Positions 17,383-26,849 of a DNA stretch of 64,000 nucleotides are shown here, piece by piece. Within the stretch, counting starts at the first letter, position 1; every line of letters starts with the position of its first letter. The position numbers and the translations under genes are program-made. Source of the stretch: Syntrophorhabdaceae bacterium (GTDB lineage Bacteria; Desulfobacterota; Syntrophorhabdia; Syntrophorhabdales; Syntrophorhabdaceae); the NCBI GenBank assembly GCA_963666485.2, contig CAXXUO010000002.1, positions 224,001 through 288,000 of the forward strand, in the 5' to 3' direction. Under the pieces are notes generated by a model. That model had not been told where the DNA came from. It was given only the letters and a program-made list of their open reading frames with translations, and did not search any database.

Positions 17383-19224
17383 CTACGACTTTCTATCGTC
17401 CACTACAATTTTGAGTTTTGCGTTTTTATTTATCTTATTCCCTTTTAACTTATTCGCCGCTTTAAGATCGTCTATGTCGACACCGTATTTATCGGATATG
17501 GAGCTGAGGGTCTCACCTTTTTTCACCGTGTGATATTTAACTTTTTTGGACCGGGCGGACTCGGTCTTTTTCGTTTCCGCCTTCGGCTCGACGTGACTTA
17601 CGAGCCGGAGCTTCATGTTGGGGTAGACCTTGCCGCCCTTGAGCTTATTTGTCGAGCGCAGGCTGTCCTCGTCTATTCCGTAACGGTCACTGATATCGGA
17701 GAGGGTCTCACCGCGTTTGACGACGTGATATGTCTTGAACACACGGGTCGCTGACCGGCCTTTGGCAGGGGGAGTCTCAGACGGTTTTTCAACTATTTTT
17801 GGTGATGCGGATGATCTCACGGTTGCTACGAGGACCGGTTTGTCGCCGGCATTTTTCTTGACCGTTCTCAGTTCGCTCACGGTAGGTGTATCGTCGCTGT
17901 CAACAGGGGCGATCTTTTCATCTGTATCGGCCCGGGCAACGGACTCACGGACCCTCTCTCCCGAGAACCTGGGTATGGCAAGGACCATGCCGGGCTTTAT
18001 CTTGAGGTCGTTATCGCTTGAATTCAGAAGAAGGAGGTCTCTCTGGTCGATCTTGTGCTTCTTCAGGATACTCGCGACACTGTCCCTTTTTTTGACCTTG
18101 TATGTCGTAATGCTTTTCAGGACCGGAATACTCTCAAGTTCGGGCCCAAGACGTTCGTAAAAGGCCTGGGCGGTTACGTCGGAAGGAAGTTTGACAACGT
18201 AATCTTTCCCCGGCGGGGTTATGCCTCTCAAGATCTCCGGGTTGAAGGTCCGAATGAGGTCGATATCCACGAGCGACGCCTTTGCGATCGTTGTGATCGG
18301 GGTGGCGGGAGGCACCTTTGCCTCTGTGAACCTGATCGGCGGGTCGTAGGTTATATTGCCGAAACCGAATTTTGCCGGGTCCTTTGCGATAATGGCGGCT
18401 GCGATCAACTGCGGGACATATTCGCGGGTCTCCCGGGGAAGCGTGTTGTACCTGTGAAGTTCCCAGAAATCCATCGTGTTGTGTTTTTGCGTCAACCTGC
18501 CTATCCTGCCCTCGCCGGCATTATAGCTCGCAGCGGCCAGGTACCAGCACCCGAATTGGTCGAACAGGGCTTTGAGGTATTTTGCAGCGGCTACCGTGGA
18601 CTTTTCGGGGTCCCGGCGCTCATCGACCCAGTAGTTGACCTCCAGGCCGAATCGCCCTCCCGTCGAATAGATGAATTGCCAGGGGCCGGACGCCCGGGCG
18701 GTGGAATATGCCTTCGGGTTGAACCCGCTCTCTATCATGGCCAGGTACACAAGGTCCTCGGGCATGTCGTTTTCGCGAAGTATTTCCCGTATAATTGGCA
18801 CGTAGAGTTTTGATCTCCTCAGCCAGTTGGCGAAGACCTTCTTCTTGTCCTCGGAGAACCATCTTATGTAATATTTGACAGCATCGTTGAAAACGATGGG
18901 GATATCGAAATTCTGGCTGTAATTGGTGCTCAGCAATTTTGTGATATCATCCTCGTCGTTGACCTTCATTTCCAGGCAATACCGGCCCGGCTTGGTCTTT
19001 TCCTGTTCCTCGCCGGTCTTCAATTCGCCCGGTTTGGTCTTTGAGGGCTTCACAGCGGTCTTTTTTGGTTTCGTAACGGCAGGCGCATCAGCCGGGCGGG
19101 AGGGCGGGGTATACGCATCGGCCACCGGTAGAGGTGTATCGGCGTTCTGGCTGGAGATATTATTGCCGGTTGCACATCCGGCGACAATAAGAACGAGTGT
19201 AGCCAAGAACCAGTATCGCTTCAT
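17383..19224 (-). CDS. mltD: membrane-bound lytic transglycosylase D-like lipoprotein (SLT + LysM domains)
   Basis: Lipobox VAGC; LAMIESGFNP, ASGPWQF, YNAGEG, ETREYVP; three LysM repeats (YHVVKRGETLSDIS). Confidence 0.9.
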   Translation of the reverse strand: MKRYWFLATLVLIVAGCATGNNISSQNADTPLPVADAYTPPSRPADAPAVTKPKKTAVKPSKTKPGELKTGEEQEKTKPGRYCLEMKVNDEDDITKLLSTNYSQNFDIPIVFNDAVKYYIRWFSEDKKKVFANWLRRSKLYVPIIREILRENDMPEDLVYLAMIESGFNPKAYSTARASGPWQFIYSTGGRFGLEVNYWVDERRDPEKSTVAAAKYLKALFDQFGCWYLAAASYNAGEGRIGRLTQKHNTMDFWELHRYNTLPRETREYVPQLIAAAIIAKDPAKFGFGNITYDPPIRFTEAKVPPATPITTIAKASLVDIDLIRTFNPEILRGITPPGKDYVVKLPSDVTAQAFYERLGPELESIPVLKSITTYKVKKRDSVASILKKHKIDQRDLLLLNSSDNDLKIKPGMVLAIPRFSGERVRESVARADTDEKIAPVDSDDTPTVSELRTVKKNAGDKPVLVATVRSSASPKIVEKPSETPPAKGRSATRVFKTYHVVKRGETLSDISDRYGIDEDSLRSTNKLKGGKVYPNMKLRLVSHVEPKAETKKTESARSKKVKYHTVKKGETLSSISDKYGVDIDDLKAANKLKGNKINKNAKLKIVVDDRKS

Positions 19225-19319
19225 ATTCCCCTTGTACGTTATAGTGTTTGGTGCAACTCTATCGTGATGATATGAGTTGTTCGCCTGTTATGTCAATAAA
19301 AAAATCGTTATTTATGAAC

Positions 19320-20243
19320 CTAATTCAACAGGTTGCCGCGTAAGTCACGGTATCCCCTGGAGAAATCATATGCTTTCATCCGTTTCTTGTTTTCGAGCTG
19401 CAGCTCCGAGACGGTAAGGATGCCGTGCCCGGTCGCCACATCAAACCCTTCTCTCGACACCGCCAGTATGGTCCCGGGGGCCTCGCCAGGATCTCCGGCC
19501 TCATCGACCCGGGAATGATATATCTTCAACCTTTTCCCGTTGAGATGGGTATAGGCCGTAGGCCATTCGACAAAAGCGCGTATCCGGCAGGAGATCTCCC
19601 GGGCGCCTGCGCTCCAGTCTATTTTTCCCATTTCCTTGGTGATGATCTTCGAGTAGGTGGCGCGGGAATGGTCTTGCGCCTCGGCCTTGATGACGGGCTC
19701 ATGCCCGATGTGATCGATGATCTCCGACAGGATATCCGCCGACCGTACCGCAAGCCGCTGCGAAAGGCTCGTATAGTCGTCATCGTCCTTGATCGCGGTA
19801 CGCTCCTGGAAGATGATATTTCCTTCATCCATCTTTTCATTCATGACGATAAAGGTGATGCCTGTCTCCCTGTCGCAGTTGAGAAGCGCCCACTGCATGG
19901 GCGACGGCCCGCGATAGAGCGGCAAAAGCGACGGGTGAATATTGACAGGAGCGATCGACGGGATGTCGAGGGCCCATTTCGGGACGATCAGGCCAAAAGA
20001 TATCACGATAAAAAGGTCCGGCCGGTAATCAGCTATGGTCTTTGCAGCCTCGTCCCGGAAGGAATCGATCTCAATGAGCGGGAGACCGAGCTCGAGGGCC
20101 GCCCTTTTTACCTCGTTGTCGTCGGTCTGGTAGCCCCTGCCCTTCGGCCGCGCCTTTTTCGTGACAACCGCGGCAACCTGGCCGCTCACCTTTTTTAGCG
20201 AGGGAACGGAAAACACCGAGGACCCGAAAAACACGATCCTCAT
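19320..20243 (-). CDS. fmt: methionyl-tRNA formyltransferase
   Basis: NIHPSLLPLYRGPSP motif; adjacent to def. Confidence 0.95.
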   Translation of the reverse strand: MRIVFFGSSVFSVPSLKKVSGQVAAVVTKKARPKGRGYQTDDNEVKRAALELGLPLIEIDSFRDEAAKTIADYRPDLFIVISFGLIVPKWALDIPSIAPVNIHPSLLPLYRGPSPMQWALLNCDRETGITFIVMNEKMDEGNIIFQERTAIKDDDDYTSLSQRLAVRSADILSEIIDHIGHEPVIKAEAQDHSRATYSKIITKEMGKIDWSAGAREISCRIRAFVEWPTAYTHLNGKRLKIYHSRVDEAGDPGEAPGTILAVSREGFDVATGHGILTVSELQLENKKRMKAYDFSRGYRDLRGNLLN

Positions 20244-20740
20244 GTATTTTTCCTGGAGTATTTCTTTTTGAAAAGGGCTTTCTTGAGCGGGCTCAATATA
20301 TCGGTGAACAGCACGCCTTCCAGGTGGTCCGTCTCGTGCTGCAGCGCACGTGCAAGCTGGCCTTCGCAGTCAAATTCGATCGTCCTGCCGTCAATGTCCG
20401 TGGCGCGCGCCAGCACTCTTTTTGCCCGCTTCACGTACTCATAATATCCCGGGACGCTCAAGCACCCTTCTTCGGCATTCTCCTCGAGATCTTTCCCGAC
20501 GATCACCGGGTTGATAAGGATAAGGTGTTCTTTCTCCCGGGGGTTCAGTGAAGCATCGATAACGATAAGGCTTATCGGGAGACCGACCTGGTTCGCTGCA
20601 AGCCCCGCACCATGCGCAAGGATCATCGTCTCTATCATGTTCTTTGACAGCGTGACGATATCGTCGTTGATATTTTCGACAGGCTTCGCGATCTTCCGCA
20701 GAACCGGGTCCGGGATCACTCTTATATCTATGACTGACAT
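20240..20740 (-). CDS. def: peptide deformylase
   Basis: GAGLAANQVG, EGCLS and QHETDHLEG motifs. Confidence 0.97.
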   Translation of the reverse strand: MSVIDIRVIPDPVLRKIAKPVENINDDIVTLSKNMIETMILAHGAGLAANQVGLPISLIVIDASLNPREKEHLILINPVIVGKDLEENAEEGCLSVPGYYEYVKRAKRVLARATDIDGRTIEFDCEGQLARALQHETDHLEGVLFTDILSPLKKALFKKKYSRKNT

Positions 20741-20779
20741 GGCAAAAGTATACAGGTTCAGGTTGAAGGTTGCAATACT

Positions 20780-20952
20780 AACGGCGTACGGCTTACGGCG
20801 GACGGCGGACGGAAAAAAAATAAATACAGGTTGTAATCAAAGACGCTGGATTCCGGCAAGCCGGAATGACGACCAGAAAAGATGCCTTTAGCCTTTAGCC
20901 TTTAGCCGTACGCCGTAAGCCGTAAGCCGTAAGCCGTACGCCGTACGCCGTT
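20780..20952. repeat. intergenic element bounded by inverted heptamer arrays (TACGGCG/GCCGTAA type) containing one REP-like palindrome
   Basis: AACGGCGTACGGC...GCCGTACGCCGTT inverted arms, (GCCTTTA)3, and internal CTGGATTCCGGCAAGCCGGAATGAC at 20846-20870. Confidence 0.8.
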
Positions 20953-20955
20953 TTT

Positions 20956-21327
20956 TCAACTCTCCGGGCTTCTGTAATACGGAAAATGCCTCACCATTTT
21001 TTCTTCTATATCATCGAGTATGGCGTCGGCGAATTCCTTCAGGCCCGGGGCGTCCTTCCAGTGCGGGGGGTCGTATTCGTCGATGTGCATGAGCATCAGG
21101 AAATTGACGATGCGCTGGGGCCTCCACGATGTCATGGCAGTCAGGGTCTCGGCCACATCGGTTTCCGCTTCGACAAGCCCGGTCTCGAGGGCGAGAAGCG
21201 CTGCCTGCGCGCAGTACAGGCTTTCGTCACGGGGACTCCTGCCCGATCCTTCCATCAGCTCGCGTGCCCTGACGTTCACAGGCATCGCGTTGAGGTCATG
21301 CATCACTTCGCCGTCTGTCTGTTTCAT
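20956..21327 (-). CDS. hypothetical protein
   Basis: ORF with natural composition between def and folK; probable start MKQTDG at 21327, TATAAT 10 nt upstream. Confidence 0.6.
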   Translation of the reverse strand: MKQTDGEVMHDLNAMPVNVRARELMEGSGRSPRDESLYCAQAALLALETGLVEAETDVAETLTAMTSWRPQRIVNFLMLMHIDEYDPPHWKDAPGLKEFADAILDDIEEKMVRHFPYYRSPES

Positions 21328-21434
21328 GCTCGCTAGTATTATACCGACCAAAACGCGATAATCAACACTTTTGATCACGCAAAAGCATTGACTCGATTTT
21401 TTCGCCGGTGCTATTATTAAAAATCGGGTCATTC

Positions 21435-21938
21435 ATGGACAAAAAGATATTTATCGGCGTCGGCTCCAACATGGGGCAGAGTTATAAGAACTGTGTCAAT
21501 GCAATAAAAAAAATTTCGAGCGATCAGAGGGCGTCTCTTCGCTCGATATCGTCGTTCTACCAGACGTCCCCCGTCTCGGCCGTCAAGCAGGATGATTTCA
21601 TCAACTGCGCCGTCGAGATCGAGTGGAACGGTACGCCACCGGAGCTTCTACAATTCCTGCATGAGATAGAAGATTCGATGGGACGGACACGTGATGTAAA
21701 AGACGGGCCCCGCGTCATTGACCTCGACATTCTCCTGTACGGGAACAAGATCGTGAACGAGGACGCCCTGACGATCCCGCACAAAGAGCTTCACCGCAGG
21801 AAATTCGCAATAATGCCCTGCCTTGAGATCCAACCGGACCTCGTCCTCACAATGCCTCTCGCCAACTTCCTTCCCGGACTGGGGGAAGATCAAAAGATTG
21901 CGAAACTGGAAGGGATAGGGTTCGACGAGAAAGAATAA
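21435..21938 (+). CDS. folK: 2-amino-4-hydroxy-6-hydroxymethyldihydropteridine diphosphokinase
   Basis: IGVGSNMG, GPRVIDLDILLY and LTIPH motifs. Confidence 0.95.
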   Translation: MDKKIFIGVGSNMGQSYKNCVNAIKKISSDQRASLRSISSFYQTSPVSAVKQDDFINCAVEIEWNGTPPELLQFLHEIEDSMGRTRDVKDGPRVIDLDILLYGNKIVNEDALTIPHKELHRRKFAIMPCLEIQPDLVLTMPLANFLPGLGEDQKIAKLEGIGFDEKE

Positions 21939-22068
21939 AAGACGGTTCCACCGTTCCACGTTCCACGTTAAAAAAATCCCTATAGTAAAGATTTCGATCC
22001 GACGGCACTGGCTGTCCTGTATGATCGGGCGTCTTGCTTTTCCGTGGAACGTGGAACGTGGAACCGTT
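21937..22068. repeat. intergenic element bounded by inverted (TTCCACG)n...(CGTGGAA)n arrays
   Basis: Same arms as 17238-17379 with a different core; begins at the folK TAA stop. Confidence 0.8.
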
Positions 22069-22070
22069 TG

Positions 22071-23075
22071 TTACGGTTTTATGATCACTTTTATCGACTC
22101 CCGTCCGTCCGATACCAGCTGAAAGCCTTTTACGATCTCATCGAGGGGGAGACGGTGGGTTATGAGGTCATCGACGATGATCTTTCCTGCGTTTATCAAC
22201 CCCATAGCTTCGATGATGTCGGGGGGACCGCAATAATATGATGTGAGTATCGCTATTTCCTTCGTCCAGAAATCATTGACGGGGACAACGACGTCCTCGT
22301 CCGGGCCGGGCACCGCGAACAAGACTACGACGCCGCCTTTGTCGACGCTTTGCCAGGCCTCGTCCACGGCCTGCCGCGCGGACGAGGCGAGAATGACGAC
22401 GTCCGCCTTGCGGCCGTTTTCGGATATAAGGCGGCCGTGTACGTCCTCGGCGCCGCTTATGATCTGCGCTCCCAGGCGGGCGGCGATCTCGAGCTTGGCA
22501 GGGTTTATATCGACGGCGAAAACGCGGCACCCTTCGGCGACGGCCAGTTTGACGTGGAGCAGCCCTGACATTCCGCACCCGAGGATCAGGACGGTTTTGT
22601 CTTTCGTCACCCCGGCAAGGCGCTGCGCCCTGACGGCGCAGGCAAGGGGTTCGATGAACGTGCTCTGCTCGTACGTGATGTTCCCGGGGAGAAGATAGGT
22701 TCCCTTCTCGACGAAGACGGCGGGGACCAGGATATACTCGGCGAATCCCCCGGGAAGGCGCTCGCCGATCGCAGTGCATTGCGGATAATGACCGTCGCGG
22801 CAATAATAGCATTCACCGCATGGTATCTTCGGCGGTATGAAGACCCTGTCGCCGGGTTTATACTTTGTTACCCCCTGCCCGACTGCGAAAACTTCCGCAC
22901 CGATCTCGTGGCCCTGGACCAGAGGTGCCCTGGGAAGCCGGTACCACTCAACGATATCACTTCCGCAGATGCCGCAGGCGTGGACCCTGACGAGCATTTC
23001 ACCCGGACCAGGTTGAGGGGTGGGGATCTCCTCGATGCGGATATCCTTGTTGTTATACCAGTATGATACCTTGAT
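22071..23075 (-). CDS. zinc-dependent alcohol/polyol dehydrogenase (MDR family); start codon non-canonical (ATC)
   Basis: CGSD, GHE, CGECYYC...C and GCGMSG motifs. The frame extends 26 codons upstream of ATG 22997 with the family-like N-terminus (I)KVSYWYNNKDIRIEEIPTP. Confidence 0.88.
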   Translation of the reverse strand: MKVSYWYNNKDIRIEEIPTPQPGPGEMLVRVHACGICGSDIVEWYRLPRAPLVQGHEIGAEVFAVGQGVTKYKPGDRVFIPPKIPCGECYYCRDGHYPQCTAIGERLPGGFAEYILVPAVFVEKGTYLLPGNITYEQSTFIEPLACAVRAQRLAGVTKDKTVLILGCGMSGLLHVKLAVAEGCRVFAVDINPAKLEIAARLGAQIISGAEDVHGRLISENGRKADVVILASSARQAVDEAWQSVDKGGVVVLFAVPGPDEDVVVPVNDFWTKEIAILTSYYCGPPDIIEAMGLINAGKIIVDDLITHRLPLDEIVKGFQLVSDGRESIKVIIKP

Positions 23076-23096
23076 ATCGTGCCTCGCTCTTTCCGT

Positions 23097-23978
23097 CTAT
23101 TTCTTTTTCTTTAAACTGTTGTAAAGCTTGAGCGCCTCTTTCGGCTTCATGTCCTGGTGGACAACGGCCCCTACCGCCCGGATCATGGCGATCGGCGCAT
23201 CGGACTGGAATATGTTGCGTCCCATATCGACGCCCGAAGCGCCCTGCTGCACCGCGTTATAGGCCATGGTCAGGGCATCGAGCTCCGGGATCTTCTTGCC
23301 GCCCGCCATGACGATCGGGACCGGGCAGGAGGATGTTACCGTGTCGAAATCCTTATCAACATAATAGGTCTTGATATAATGGGCGCCGAGCTCGGCACAT
23401 ATGCGGCAGGCAAGCTGGAAATACTTTGCGTCCCGCGCCATGTCCTTGCCGACCGCTGTGACGGCAAGCACCGGAATACCGTACCGGTTGCCGATATCGA
23501 CCATCTTCGTCATATTGATGATCGATTCTTTCTCGAATTCACCGCCGATAAAGACCTGGACCGCCATTGCGCAGACGTTGAGCCGGATCGACTCTTCGAT
23601 ATCGACGGCAATGTCCTCGTTCGACAATTCCTTGAGGATGCTCGCACCGCCCGATACCCTCAGCACAATGGCCTTCTGCGTGGCCGCGGGGACGACGCTC
23701 CGCAGGATGCCGCGCGTGAGCATCAGCGTGTCCGCATAGGGAACGAGGGGCAGGATATTGATGTCCACGCGTTCGAGGCCGGTCGTCGGCCCCTGGAAAT
23801 ACCCGTGGTCTATCGCAAGCATGACGGTCCTTCCGGTGTCGGGATTGAATATTCTCGAAAGCCTGTTCTTGATCCCCCAGTCAAGGGCGCCGCACCCTTT
23901 CAGGAAAAAACCCTCCGTCTTCTGGGGTGTGCCGATGTAAAAATTCTTGGCTTCCTTCATCCCGTCAATATCAGGCAT
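23097..23978 (-). CDS. lsrF: LsrF-like class I aldolase/thiolase (DhnA family)
   Basis: [36 protein letters not shown] and [13 protein letters not shown] 23978 after AGGAG. Confidence 0.9.
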   Translation of the reverse strand: MPDIDGMKEAKNFYIGTPQKTEGFFLKGCGALDWGIKNRLSRIFNPDTGRTVMLAIDHGYFQGPTTGLERVDINILPLVPYADTLMLTRGILRSVVPAATQKAIVLRVSGGASILKELSNEDIAVDIEESIRLNVCAMAVQVFIGGEFEKESIINMTKMVDIGNRYGIPVLAVTAVGKDMARDAKYFQLACRICAELGAHYIKTYYVDKDFDTVTSSCPVPIVMAGGKKIPELDALTMAYNAVQQGASGVDMGRNIFQSDAPIAMIRAVGAVVHQDMKPKEALKLYNSLKKKK

Positions 23979-24175
23979 CCTCTTCTCCTTTTTTGCGCTA
24001 AGCATTCGATAATGCAGAAATTGTTCGCTGCGAGAGTATAAGGCAAATGCAAATGAACCTTCAAGTTAAAAAAATGATGTTCCGACGACCCGCCTGACTT
24101 GAAGCGTGCGGCCGGTTTATGATACATCATTCTCTGTCCGGTACACGACAGGACATTCACGGTAAAGAGGCTTTT

Positions 24176-24730
24176 ATGCTCGACGGCTCCATCATACAGG
24201 ATTTTATCGACATCGGACGCGACATGTTCCTTCGGGGACTCATAAGTTCCCATGCCGGCAATATGAGCGTCAGGTCGGGTGATCTCATATATATAACGCG
24301 GAGCCAGTCAATGTCCGGACGCCTCAAACCTTCGGATATCATCAAGGTGCGCAGCCGGGACCCCGATGATCCGGCCCTCCTTATCGCCTCGACGGAATAC
24401 GTGGTCCACCGGACCATTTACATGAATACCGATGCAGGCGCCGTCGTGCACGCGCACCCGCCCTACGCTACCCTCCTGTCCTTCACCGGTGAACTCGTCC
24501 CCGTCGATGCCGAGGGGTCACACCACTTAAAGCGCGTCCGCGTCACGTCCCCGCAAAACCCGATCGCATCCAACGAAACAGCCGACCTCGTAGCTGAGGA
24601 GTTGAAGGAAAGCAGGATAGTGCTCGTCCGCGGACATGGCAGTTTCGCCCGCGGGAAGACCCTCGAAGAGGCCTACATGCTCACCAGTACGCTGGAATCG
24701 TCGGCGTTCTATCTCTACCACCTAAAATAA
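24176..24730 (+). CDS. class II aldolase/adducin family protein (FucA-like)
   Basis: GNMSVR, ASTEYVVH, VVHAHP and VRGHG motifs. Confidence 0.9.
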   Translation: MLDGSIIQDFIDIGRDMFLRGLISSHAGNMSVRSGDLIYITRSQSMSGRLKPSDIIKVRSRDPDDPALLIASTEYVVHRTIYMNTDAGAVVHAHPPYATLLSFTGELVPVDAEGSHHLKRVRVTSPQNPIASNETADLVAEELKESRIVLVRGHGSFARGKTLEEAYMLTSTLESSAFYLYHLK

Positions 24731-25135
24731 AAGGTTCAAAGTTCAAGGCTAAAAGTTCAAGGCTAAAAGCAAAAAAACAAAACAAACGGTCTGTCTTGAT
24801 ATGCACTGGTCAGGATAAGCGTTAACAATTACAGACTCAGATAAATGAAGAGTCACGGTCTTCCGGTCAAGATTGTTTCAGTGCAAGACATTCCAATCGC
24901 AGAAGGGATATCAGCTGCCACTCATTCATTGTCAAACCTTCCGGAAAAATTTGGGGGACGTCCTTAAGAAAGTAAGAAACTCCTCAAACAACTAAACGGA
25001 TCGCTCTGTCGTTATTATCCCCCGACCGGGTAATTTTAAGTTACTTACTTTCTTAAGGACGTCCCCTTTGCCTTTACAGTGCCTTTACAGTGTTTTTCGC
25101 CTTGAACCTTGAACCTTGAACCTTGAACCGGTTTT
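24731..25135. repeat. intergenic element bounded by (GTTCAAG)n...(CTTGAAC)n arrays carrying a ~280-bp dispersed repeat
   Basis: Inverted heptamer arms; 24802-25080 is highly similar to 34405-34676; internal 23-bp perfect IR GGGGACGTCCTTAAGAAAGTAAG (24954-24976 / 25044-25066). Confidence 0.85.
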
Positions 25136-26848
25136 TCAGTACCCCAGTGCCATGCCTTCCCTCCTCGGGTCCGAGGCGCCGAAGCGTATCGATGTGGCGG
25201 GGTCGATGAGGATGCTGGATGCGGCGCCCATGGGGGCCCTCACGACGACGTTGTGGCCCATGTCACGCAGTATTTTTATTGTGTCGGGGCTTATGCCTTT
25301 TTCTATCCTGAGCTCATCCGGCATCCATTCGTGGTGGACTTTCGGTGCGTTCACGGCCTCCTGTATGTTCATGCCGTGATCGATGGTGTTGAGGATGACC
25401 TGCACGATCGTCGAAATGATCCGGGAACTTCCCGGGCTGCCGGTGACGAGGAACAATGTCCCGTTCCTGAAGACCATTGTCGGCGCCATGGCGGTTACCA
25501 TTCGCTTACCGGGCGCAATGGCATTCGCTTCACTCTGAACTATCCCGGCACCGTCCGCCCGGCCGGGGTTCGTGTTGAAATTGTCCATTTCATTATTGAG
25601 GAGGAATCCCATTCCTTCCACGATGATCCCGCTCCCGAAATTGCCGTTTAAGGTATAGGTAGCGGATACTGCGTTGCCCTCCCGGTCGACAAGGGAAAAA
25701 TGCGTGGTGTCGCCCTTCTCAAAGATACTGACGTCTCCTGACCGGATCTCCTTCGAAGGGGTCGCACGCGACCGGTCGATGCCCCCGGCGAGCGTGAGGG
25801 CGTACGCCTTCGATGCGAGTGCACGGACGGGTACAGCGACTGTGTCCGGATCGCCCGCGTAGACGAAAAGGTCAGCAAAGGCACGCTTCATGGCCTCGGC
25901 GATCAGATGTATCGAAGCCGCTGTGTTGTGGCCCGCGCCCGCCATATCGAAGTTTTCGAGGATATTGAGGACCTGGGTTATTGCAACCCCGCCGGAGCTC
26001 GGCGGATACATAGAATAGACGGTATTGCCCCGGTATGTCGTCCCGACAGGCCGGCGGAGCACAGGCTGGTACGCGGCCAGGTCGGCTTGCGTGACCAGGC
26101 CCCCGTTCCTTTTCATCTCCTTCGCGATGCGTGCCGCGATCGGCCCGTCGTAAAATGCCTGCGGGCCTTCTTTCGCTATCAAGCCCAGCGTACGGGCAAG
26201 GTCCTTTTGAATGAACCTGTCACCGGGCTCGTAAAATGCACCGGACGGTTTGAAAAAGATCGAGGCGGACCCGGGACGGCTTTTCAGCAATTTCTCATAC
26301 GACCTGATATCCGCGCAGACCCCCGCGCTTAAAGGAAAGCCGTGCTCGGCATACCTTATCGCAGGCGCCATCGCATCCTGAAGCGACAGTGTCCCGTATT
26401 TCGCCAGGGCAAGGAAAAGACCTGCCACCGTTCCCGGCACCGCGACGGCACGGTAGCTTTCACGGCTCGATCCCGGATCGGTCCTCCCGTCCCCGCCGAC
26501 GAACATGTTCCTCGAGGCGCCAGATGGGGCCTTTTGCCAGAAATCGAGAGCAATCGTCTCTTTCTTTTTTGCATCGTGGATAAGCATGAACCCGCCGCCG
26601 CCGATGTTGCCGGCGCGGGGGAGGGTAACGGCCATGACGAATGCCGCAGTGACGGCGGCATCGATGGCATTGCCGCCTTTTTTGAGCACCGCTACCGCTT
26701 CTCTGGTCGCAAGCTCCTGGCCGGTCACGACCATTGCGTGACGTCCCTCGACCGGGAAGGAAATTGCGGTTTCTTCAGCAGCGCCGTTATGGCACGCTGT
26801 GATGGCGAGCACTATCAGGAAAAGGCAGGATGCAGCCCTTTTCACCAT
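25136..26848 (-). CDS. ggt: gamma-glutamyltransferase-family Ntn hydrolase (exported; atypical substrate pocket)
   Basis: GGNAIDAAV, GNIGGGGFM, PPSSGG, nucleophile TTHFS and GASDPR motifs. Confidence 0.9.
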   Translation of the reverse strand: MVKRAASCLFLIVLAITACHNGAAEETAISFPVEGRHAMVVTGQELATREAVAVLKKGGNAIDAAVTAAFVMAVTLPRAGNIGGGGFMLIHDAKKKETIALDFWQKAPSGASRNMFVGGDGRTDPGSSRESYRAVAVPGTVAGLFLALAKYGTLSLQDAMAPAIRYAEHGFPLSAGVCADIRSYEKLLKSRPGSASIFFKPSGAFYEPGDRFIQKDLARTLGLIAKEGPQAFYDGPIAARIAKEMKRNGGLVTQADLAAYQPVLRRPVGTTYRGNTVYSMYPPSSGGVAITQVLNILENFDMAGAGHNTAASIHLIAEAMKRAFADLFVYAGDPDTVAVPVRALASKAYALTLAGGIDRSRATPSKEIRSGDVSIFEKGDTTHFSLVDREGNAVSATYTLNGNFGSGIIVEGMGFLLNNEMDNFNTNPGRADGAGIVQSEANAIAPGKRMVTAMAPTMVFRNGTLFLVTGSPGSSRIISTIVQVILNTIDHGMNIQEAVNAPKVHHEWMPDELRIEKGISPDTIKILRDMGHNVVVRAPMGAASSILIDPATSIRFGASDPRREGMALGY

Positions 26849-26849
26849 T

